Of a stretch of 64,000 nt of DNA, positions 30,408 to 37,734 are shown piece after piece. The stretch comes from Candidatus Latescibacterota bacterium. Its GTDB lineage: Bacteria > Latescibacterota > UBA2968 > GCA-2709665. The stretch spans positions 3,808,001 through 3,872,000 of the forward strand of contig OZ244937.1 in NCBI GenBank assembly GCA_965222075.1, given 5' to 3'. The first letter of the stretch is position 1, and the number at the start of each line of letters is the position of its first letter. The position numbers and the translations under genes were made by a program. The notes beneath the pieces are model-generated. The model saw only the letters and a program-made list of their open reading frames with translations, was not told the origin of the DNA and did not search any database.

Positions 30408-32265
30408 GTGACCTATCCCCCCGGCCCCCTTTCCTGAGAAGAAAGGGGGAGAAAGGCGCAGGAAGTGATGGTTGTAGGATGAGTGACCTATCCCCCCGGC
30501 CCCCTTTCCTGAGAGGAAAGGGGGAGAAAGGCGCAGAAGGTGATGGGTGTAGGATGAGGAGAAGAAATATTGTTATTGGGCAGAAAATGCATCCGGATAA
30601 GGTGAAGATATAAGACAGAATCTTGAAGGTGTTCTGAGTCGTATCGTGACCCAACTGAAGAAACGCTCTACCTTCCAAACCTCTTAGGAACACCCTCTCC
30701 CCTCCCCGTTTCGGGGAGGGGCCGGGGGAGGGGTCACTACCACGGCTGTTCCGCAAGACCCAACCGTTCTGACTGCCAGCGGTATGAGTGACCTATCCCC
30801 CCGGCCCCCTTTCCTGAGAAGAAAGGGGGAGAAAGGCGCAGAAGGCGACGGGGAGTTTGCAGAAAATGCATCCGGATAAGGTGAAGATATAAGACAGAAT
30901 CTTGAAGGTGTTCTGAGTCGTATCGTGACCCAACTGAAGAAACGCTCTACCTTCCAAACCTCTTAGGAACACCCTCTCCCCTCCCCGCCTCGGGGAGGGG
31001 CCGGGGGAGGGGTCACTACCACGGCTGTTCCGCAAGACCCAACTGTTCTGACTGCCAGCGGTATGAGTGACCTATCCCCCCGGCCCCCTTTCCTGAGAAG
31101 AAAGGGGGAGAAAGGCGCAGGAAGTGATGGTTGTAGGATGAGGAGAAGAAATATTGTTATTGGGCAGAAAATGCATCCGGATAAGGTGAAGATATAAGAC
31201 AGAATCTTGAAGGTGTTCTGAGTCGTATCGTGGCCCAACTGAAGAAACGCTCTACCTTCCAAACCTCTTAGGAACACCCTCTCCCCTCCCCGTTTCCCGG
31301 GGGAGGGGCCGGGGGAGGGGTCACTACCACGGCTGTTCCGCAAGCCCCAACCGTTCTGACTGCCAGCGGTATGAGTGACCTATCCCCCCGGCCCCCTTTC
31401 CTGAGAAGAAAGGGGGAGAAAGGCGCAGGAAGTGATGGTTGTAGGATGAGTGACCTATCCCCCCGGCCCCCTTTCCTGAGAGGAAAGGGGGAGAAAGGCG
31501 CAGAAGGTGATGGTTGTAGGATGAGGAGAAAAGATATTGTTATTGGACAGAAAATGCATTGAAGGTGTTCTGAGTCGTATCGTGACCCAACTGAAGAAAC
31601 GCTCTACCTTCCAACCCTCTTAGGAACACCCTCTCCCCTCCCCGTCTCGGGGAGGGGCCGGGGGAGGGGTCACTACCACGGCTGTTCCGCAAGACCCAAC
31701 TGTTCTGACTGCCAGCGGTATGAGTGACCTATCCCCCCGGCCCCCTTTCCTGAGAGGAAAGGGGGAGCAAGGCGCAGAGGTGATGGGTGTAGGATGGGGA
31801 GAAAGGCAGAAAATGCATCCGGATAAGGTGAAGATATAAGACAGAATCTTGAGGTGTTCTGAGTCGTATCGTGACCCAACTGAAGAAACGCTCTACCTTC
31901 CAAACCTCTTAGGAACACCCTCTCCCCTCCCCGCCTCGGGGAGGGGCCGGGGGAGGGGTCACTACCACGGCTGTTCCGCAAGACCCAACCGTTCTGACTG
32001 CCAGCGGACTGGTGACCTATCCCCCCGGCCCCCTTTCCTGAGAAGAAAGGGGGAGAAAGGCGCAGAAGGCGACGGGGAGTTTGCAGAAAGTGGATCTGGA
32101 TAAGGTGAAGATATAAGACAGAATCTTGAAGGTGTTCTAAGTCGACCCATCCGGAGAGAGTATAACTGAAGAAACGCTCTACCTTCCAAACCTCTTAGGA
32201 ACACCCTCTCCCCTCCCCGCCTCGGGGAGGGGCCGGGGGAGGGGTCACTACCACGGCTGTTCCGC
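30408..32265 (+). mobile_element. Tandem array of six MITE/BIME-like units (hairpin A - DUF559 remnant - inverted hairpin B - linker)
   Basis: A (GTGACCTATCCCCCCGGCCCCCTTTCCTGAGARGAAAGGGGGAG) starts at 30408, 30483, 30788, 31067, 31375, 31450, 31724 and 32012. B (..GGGGAGGGGCCGGGGGAGGGGTCAC) ends at 30737, 31016, 31324, 31673, 31962 and 32248. Confidence 0.85.
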
Positions 32266-32428
32266 GTTCCCCGGACGCCGACGGCAATCGCACCGGTGGC
32301 CTGCAACCTCTGCTGTCCGCTACAACAACTTTCCCTGTATTCTGTCAAAACAATTGGTTATATTTACTTTGTTACCAATGGCGTTGTATTTATAGGCGGT
32401 TTCTGCGGCATAAAGGGAGAGAGTATGG

Positions 32429-32881
32429 ATGTTGAAAAGCGAAACGGATGAGCATCGGGAATCGGTCTGGAGTGTGAACGACAGGGAATGGTTTGCCTAT
32501 TTGTCGGTCGCACTATTTGTTCTCGGATTGGTTTTGCGGTATCGGGAAAAGGATGCATTTCAAACGGCATTCGACCTCATAAAAGATGTGGGAACCATTG
32601 GCATCTTTGCTGTTACAGGTGCTTTTTTCACACTGGAGGTGATAGACGTTATGTTAGGAATTTATGAGAGGATTAAGAAAACGCAACATGAAATGGGACG
32701 CAAGGCAGGACGTCAGGAAGGACGTCAGGAAGGTCAGGAAGGACGTCAGGAAGGACGTCAGGAAGGACGTCAGGAACAAATTGATAAAATCAGGAAACGG
32801 ATTGAGGCTGAAAGAGAAAAAGGAAATCTGAAAGACATCGAGTTGAGGAAATTTGAAAAACTTCTGGACGACGATGAGTAA
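32429..32881 (+). CDS. Hypothetical two-TM membrane protein with (GRQE)n tail
   Basis: Two hydrophobic segments; GGACGTCAGGAA tandem repeat at about 32708-32775; lower GC than flanks. Confidence 0.65.
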   Translation: MLKSETDEHRESVWSVNDREWFAYLSVALFVLGLVLRYREKDAFQTAFDLIKDVGTIGIFAVTGAFFTLEVIDVMLGIYERIKKTQHEMGRKAGRQEGRQEGQEGRQEGRQEGRQEQIDKIRKRIEAEREKGNLKDIELRKFEKLLDDDE

Positions 32882-32909
32882 GAAGCTGTATAGGTGCATT
32901 GAGGATACC

Positions 32910-33893
32910 GTGTCAGACCCCCGAAAACTCGCCTGCTGTGCGGCCGATCGGCCCACCACCCTGGCAGGCAGGCAACCGCCCGCCTCAAAACCGCGGGCCA
33001 AAGCGAAAACCCGCCGCGCCCGGAAGAAAACCGCGTCCACCAGCGGAATGGTCCGGCTGGACAGCGGAGCATTCCTGATGGGCACAGACGACAACCTCGG
33101 CTTTCCCGATGACGGCGAAGGTCCCGTCCGGGAAGTCTATCTGCACCCATTCTACATCGACCCATGCGCCGTCACCAACGCCCGGTTTGCCAGATTTGTG
33201 AAAGCCACCGGGTACCAGACCGAAGCGGAACGGTTTGGCTGGTCCTTCGTCTTCCACAGCTTTATTGCCCCCAGCGTGGCGCAGCGCGTGACTCAGGTCG
33301 CCTCCGATACCCCCTGGTGGTGGCCCGTGGAAAACGCCTCTTGGCGCTGCCCCGAAGGCCCCGGTTCAACCGTCCGGAGACGCCTGGACCACCCCGCCGT
33401 CCACATCTCCTGGAACGACGCCGCTGCCTACTGCAAGTGGGCGGGAATGCGCTTGCCCACAGAAGCCGAATGGGAATTTGCCGCCCGGGGGGGGCTGAAA
33501 GGGAAAACCTACCCGTGGGGAGATGAACTGACCCCCAACGGGGAACACCGATGCAACATTTGGCAGGGAACGTTTCCCGATGTCAACACCGCAGAAGACG
33601 GACACGTAGGCACAGCGCCCGCGCATGCCTTCCCGCCCAACGGCTATGGTCTATACAGTGTATCCGGAAACGTATGGGAGTGGTGCGCCGACTGGTTTAG
33701 CCCCGACTTCCACGTCAATAGCCCCCACGAAAACCCGAAAGGCCCCCCTTCCGGCGGGGCAAAAGTGATGCGAGGAGGGTCCTACCTCTGCCACGACTCC
33801 TACTGCAACCGCTACCGCGTGGGCGCACGATCCTCCATCACCCCCGACAGCTCAACGGGAAATCTTGGATTCCGCTGCGCCCGGAACGCCTGA
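32910..33893 (+). CDS. Formylglycine-generating enzyme (sulfatase maturase, FGE/SUMF1)
   Basis: HPAVHISWNDA, RLPTEAEWEFAARGG, GNVWEWC, RGGSYLCHDSYCNRYRVGAR (catalytic CxxxxC), NLGFRC. Confidence 0.88.
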   Translation: MSDPRKLACCAADRPTTLAGRQPPASKPRAKAKTRRARKKTASTSGMVRLDSGAFLMGTDDNLGFPDDGEGPVREVYLHPFYIDPCAVTNARFARFVKATGYQTEAERFGWSFVFHSFIAPSVAQRVTQVASDTPWWWPVENASWRCPEGPGSTVRRRLDHPAVHISWNDAAAYCKWAGMRLPTEAEWEFAARGGLKGKTYPWGDELTPNGEHRCNIWQGTFPDVNTAEDGHVGTAPAHAFPPNGYGLYSVSGNVWEWCADWFSPDFHVNSPHENPKGPPSGGAKVMRGGSYLCHDSYCNRYRVGARSSITPDSSTGNLGFRCARNA

Positions 33894-33904
33894 ACCACAC
33901 ACCC

Positions 33905-33968
33905 GCAACCCTTCCCCGCCCTTCCCATGCCTTCGGCGAGGCCTTTTTCTTGATCGCCCAAGAAGCGG
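33905..33968 (-). repeat. Dispersed intergenic repeat (copy at 63.93-63.99 kb)
   Basis: Reverse complement TTCTTGGGCGATCAAGAAAAAGGCCTCGCCGAAGGCATGGGAAGGGCGGGGA matches 63933-63990. Confidence 0.8.
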
Positions 33969-33969
33969 G

Positions 33970-34596
33970 TTACACCATCGGCCGCTGCGAGAGGTCCAAC
34001 GGCGATGGCGCGCGCGCCATCGCGAGCTCGTAGCCCGGTTTCGACGGTTCGAGAAAGGTGATGGCTTCATAGAAGTCGTCGAGCGCGACGAACACCCCGT
34101 TCGCATTCGCCCAGGACCGCATCCGCTGGTTGCACGAATGCCTCCACGAGAGGATTTCCACTCTCCAGCCTCGTTTCTGCATCCGTTCCAGCGTCCGGTG
34201 AAACCCGGCGCCTTCAAGGTAGCCTGCTCCGTCGCCGGTGAGGAGCGTCACGATCCCGGGAATTCCGTTGTAATCCAGTGCGTCCTCAAGCATCTGCAAT
34301 TGCAACATGTAATCGGGCATTTGCTGCTCGCCGCGAGCGGGGTCGTGGCGATCGAACAGAGTGACTTCCACGCCGGAAGCCTCCATCCGGTTCCAGAGGC
34401 CCCGCATTTCAGGCGGAACCGAACCGGCGGCGATCGCCTTTTGGAGCGTCCGGTCCGCGTGCGCGAGCCGCAGCAGGTTATCGAAGTGGATGCGCACCCG
34501 GTAACGGGCACCTGGCCCTTCGTCCTGTTCCTCCGCGAGGCGCTGGACCTCGTGAAAGATGTTTGAGTTATCCCAATAAACGAAAACCTTGTCCAT
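33970..34596 (-). CDS. NYN-domain (PIN-like) protein
   Basis: VYWDNSNI, EQQMPD, LLTGDG, GWRVEILSW, FVALDD. Confidence 0.8.
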   Translation of the reverse strand: MDKVFVYWDNSNIFHEVQRLAEEQDEGPGARYRVRIHFDNLLRLAHADRTLQKAIAAGSVPPEMRGLWNRMEASGVEVTLFDRHDPARGEQQMPDYMLQLQMLEDALDYNGIPGIVTLLTGDGAGYLEGAGFHRTLERMQKRGWRVEILSWRHSCNQRMRSWANANGVFVALDDFYEAITFLEPSKPGYELAMARAPSPLDLSQRPMV

Positions 34597-34740
34597 CCAG
34601 TGTTCTCCCCTTCTGATCTATCGGCCTACCTCATACCTAGCTCAGAAGAAACACCTGTCAATAGAGTTTTTTATCCGCCGACCGACCTGTCTGCTGCCAG
34701 GCAGGCGCGAAGACCGCTGGGAGGGTTAAAACAGCTTCTT

Positions 34741-36459
34741 TTAGCATACCTGCCGCACCCGCAGGGTCCGAAACCGGTTGATGGCCGCCGCCAGTTCAAA
34801 CCGGCGCGGAAGCGCAAACTGCCCCAGCAGGCGCGGGCTCAAAACATCCAGCCCCTCCCCATCCAAATCCGCCCAGACCCGCTCCAGCACCTCCCGCAAC
34901 GGACGCCTTCCGTCCATATACCGGTTTCGAGCGTAAAGAATCGCGTTCCCGATCGCCTCCGTCTGCCCCCTGTCAACGACCTGCTCAACCGCAGAAAGGT
35001 CGATCGTCTGCTCCCCAAACGCAATCGTATGGGCATCGCGCACCCCAATATTGACCCCCCGGCGGCCCCGGCTGGGATCGATACTATCCGAGATGGGTGC
35101 CCGGGCAGTCACCCGCCCGAACCGCTCGCCTCCCTCTGCCCTCCGTCTTGCCCGATAGCGCTGCGCAATCGCCCCCGCCTCCCGGCTGACGTCCCGGGGG
35201 CAATAGACATCCATCATAATCACCCGGTCGGCTGCATCGAAATAGTCGCCCGACCCCCCGATCACCAGCACCGTAGAAACCCCCAGATCCCGATAGAGCA
35301 GGCGAACCTTATCGATAAACGGCGTGATCGGCTCCTTCTCCTTGGCCACCAGCTCCTGCATCCGGTGATCCCGGATCATAAAATTCGTCGCCGAAGTATC
35401 CTCGTCAATCAGCAACAAATCAGCGCCCGCCTCCAGCGCCTCGATAATATTTGCAGCCTGCGATGTACTCCCGCTGGCGTCCTCCGTAGAAAAGGCGGAC
35501 GTGTCCTTGCCGTGGGGCAGATGGGTAATAAAGGGCCGGATGTCCACCCCCTCAATCCTCCGGCCGTCCTCTGCCCGGATCTTGACCGCATCCGCCACCG
35601 TCACCGCCAGCTCCCGGCCGTCTCCGGGAATGTGGTTGTAGACCCCCACCTCCAGGGCACGCAACAGCGTCGACTTCCCGTGGTAGCCCCCGCCTACGAT
35701 GAGGGTGATCCCCCTGGGAATCCCCATCCCCACCACCTCCCCCCGGCCTGGAAGGTCCACCACCACACGCAGTGAGGGGGGGGAAACAAACGGAACGGCC
35801 GCTTCCGCCCGCATCGGCCTGTCGTCCACCCCGCTGCGCCGGGGCAGCACCGCCCCCTCCGGTACAAAAGCCACCAGCCCCAAATCGTCCAACCTCTTTC
35901 GCAGCGCATCCTGGTCTTCATTCACCTCAAGATGGGCGTATAACCCCGCCCGGTCCAAACGGTCAAAACACAGCGCGCAGGCCACGATCTCGGGCAACTC
36001 CTCAAAAAACATCGCCTCTGCCTGTCGGCCCATCACACGCCTCCCCTGAGCGGGCAGCCCCATCAGCAGCCGCGCCTCCACCCCCTCCTGCGTCACCCCC
36101 ACCGAAGTCCGCTCTAAAATCTCCTGCCCCGGCCCACCAATCGCAATCTGTCCGCTCCGCCCGCTCCCCCGCCGGCCCCGCGTAACCCGCAGGATGGCCT
36201 CGGCAACCCGCCGGGTCAAAAAATCGCAGAGCCCCACCCGCCGGCTTCGAGAGGAAAACGTATCCCCTGGAAAACGGGCCACGCCCTGCAAGACCTCAAC
36301 CCGTATCCGGCTTGGCGGCGCGAACGGATCGGCCTGTACATGGTCGATACGCAAACAATAGCATCCAAAATCGTACTGCCCTGCAATCGCCTTGTACGCC
36401 GGATACCCCCGACCGTCGATCCGGCGCAGATTCCGACGCAGATCCTCCCCGCTCCTCAT
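34741..36459 (-). CDS. ABC-ATPase domain-containing protein (PF09818 type)
   Basis: DHVQADPFAPPS, GGGYHGKSTLL, IRAEDGR, DASGSTSQAANI, LLIDEDTSATNFMIRD, RRFELAAAINR.R. Confidence 0.88.
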   Translation of the reverse strand: MRSGEDLRRNLRRIDGRGYPAYKAIAGQYDFGCYCLRIDHVQADPFAPPSRIRVEVLQGVARFPGDTFSSRSRRVGLCDFLTRRVAEAILRVTRGRRGSGRSGQIAIGGPGQEILERTSVGVTQEGVEARLLMGLPAQGRRVMGRQAEAMFFEELPEIVACALCFDRLDRAGLYAHLEVNEDQDALRKRLDDLGLVAFVPEGAVLPRRSGVDDRPMRAEAAVPFVSPPSLRVVVDLPGRGEVVGMGIPRGITLIVGGGYHGKSTLLRALEVGVYNHIPGDGRELAVTVADAVKIRAEDGRRIEGVDIRPFITHLPHGKDTSAFSTEDASGSTSQAANIIEALEAGADLLLIDEDTSATNFMIRDHRMQELVAKEKEPITPFIDKVRLLYRDLGVSTVLVIGGSGDYFDAADRVIMMDVYCPRDVSREAGAIAQRYRARRRAEGGERFGRVTARAPISDSIDPSRGRRGVNIGVRDAHTIAFGEQTIDLSAVEQVVDRGQTEAIGNAILYARNRYMDGRRPLREVLERVWADLDGEGLDVLSPRLLGQFALPRRFELAAAINRFRTLRVRQVC

Positions 36460-36480
36460 GGTCTCTATACCTTACATATA

Positions 36481-36520
36481 AAGCAGTGGGGGACGAACCT
36501 GCCGTCGTCCCCCACTGCTT
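36481..36520 (-). terminator. Hairpin or terminator after rplI
   Basis: Perfect 15-bp stem AAGCAGTGGGGGACG / CGTCCCCCACTGCTT. Confidence 0.65.
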
Positions 36521-36549
36521 CCAAACCGGCCCGAAACCTGAAACACGCC

Positions 36550-36993
36550 TCATTCCCTCACAACCCAAACCTTGACCTTGGCCTCCACTTCCGCATGCAG
36601 ACGGATAGGCACATCGTAAACGCCCAGCGCCCGAATCGGCTCCTCGAGCTGAACCGCGCGGCGATCGATCTCAAGCCCCTGCTCGTTCAACAGGTCGGCA
36701 ATATGCTGCGACCCGACCGACCCGAAAATCCGATCCTCTTCACCCACAGCCACGGGCACCGTGCACGACATCTTCTCCAGCCGCTTCCCCAAAGCCTCCG
36801 CCTCTCGCTGCGCCCGGGTACCCTGCATCTGCTTCTGGCGGCCGAACTCCTTGTATACCGCCATGTTGCTCCGGTTGGCAACAAGCGCCAAACTCCGCGG
36901 GAGGAGGTAGTTCCGGGCATAACCGTCCTTCACCTCAACAATACTCCCCGCCTCCCCCAAACGGCCCACGTCCTCTGTCAGTATCACCTTCAT
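36550..36993 (-). CDS. rplI: 50S ribosomal protein L9
   Basis: MKVILTEDV..LG..G.IVEVKDGYARNYLLP, IFGSV. Confidence 0.95.
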   Translation of the reverse strand: MKVILTEDVGRLGEAGSIVEVKDGYARNYLLPRSLALVANRSNMAVYKEFGRQKQMQGTRAQREAEALGKRLEKMSCTVPVAVGEEDRIFGSVGSQHIADLLNEQGLEIDRRAVQLEEPIRALGVYDVPIRLHAEVEAKVKVWVVRE

Positions 36994-37034
36994 AAATCTC
37001 ATTCCTCGTCAAAAAAAGATGGGCCCCATCGTCT

Positions 37035-37250
37035 TTACCTGACCGTCTCCGCGGCAAAGGGCAACAACGCAATCTGTCGCGCCCGTTTGAGCACCCGCGT
37101 CAACTGGCGCTGATGATGTGCCTGACTCCGCCGGGGGGTAATCTTTCCCCGTTCGGTAACAAACCGTTGAAGCAGCCGCACATCCTTGTAACCGATCTCC
37201 AGAGACTTATCCTCGCAAAACCGGCAGACCTTTACACGCATTCGATTCAT
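37035..37250 (-). CDS. rpsR: 30S ribosomal protein S18
   Basis: [40 protein letters not shown]. Confidence 0.93.
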   Translation of the reverse strand: MNRMRVKVCRFCEDKSLEIGYKDVRLLQRFVTERGKITPRRSQAHHQRQLTRVLKRARQIALLPFAAETVR

Positions 37251-37663
37251 ACCGCTTCCTCCTCGTCTGCTTCGTGCTCACCCTCGGCTTCAGCATCTTC
37301 AGCATCCCCATCCGACGCGTCGCCCCCGGTGTGAACCTCCTCCGCTTCAACCTCGGAAGGGGCAGGCTCCAAATCCACTTCGAGCAGAACGACCATATAC
37401 CGGAGCACCGACTCGTCCAACTTGCAGACCCGATCCAGTTCGGGAAGAATCCCTGGCTCCGCCTGGAACTGGACAAAAGTGTAAACAGCCTGCTGGTGTT
37501 TCTTAATTTCATACGCCAGCTTCCGCACCCCCCACCGATCCACATTGAAGATTGTGGCGTCCTGCCCGGTGAGAAAGTCCTCATAGCGCTTGATGGTCTC
37601 CTCTACACCCCCTTCCGGAAGTTGAGAATCCACAATCAGCGCCAGTTCGTAATTCCTCGACAT
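37247..37663 (-). CDS. rpsF: 30S ribosomal protein S6
   Basis: [26 protein letters not shown], acidic tail. Confidence 0.95.
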   Translation of the reverse strand: MSRNYELALIVDSQLPEGGVEETIKRYEDFLTGQDATIFNVDRWGVRKLAYEIKKHQQAVYTFVQFQAEPGILPELDRVCKLDESVLRYMVVLLEVDLEPAPSEVEAEEVHTGGDASDGDAEDAEAEGEHEADEEEAV

Positions 37664-37667
37664 ACAA

Positions 37668-37718
37668 AATCTCCCCCTGGACTAAGACCCGGGATATACG
37701 CTTCCCGAGTGGGGTTAA
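37668..37718 (-). promoter_or_regulatory. Putative S6:S18 autoregulatory leader RNA
   Basis: Minus strand CCCC-ACTCGGGA..TCCCGGGT-CTTAGTCCA-GGGGGAG: hairpin, CC-containing bulge and SD-sequestering stem directly before rpsF. Confidence 0.55.
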
Positions 37719-37734
37719 ATACTGCCTGCTACCC

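Noticed and set aside
30408-32265. CRISPR array
   Set aside because: Units are about 280-350 bp and nearly identical, with no unique spacers and no cas genes in the window.
30388-32348. Small ORFs in the array (MRNSRGSDPSPGPSP.., MSDLSPRPPFLR..) as real proteins
   Set aside because: They are translations of the G/C hairpins on both strands and end at different points in each unit.
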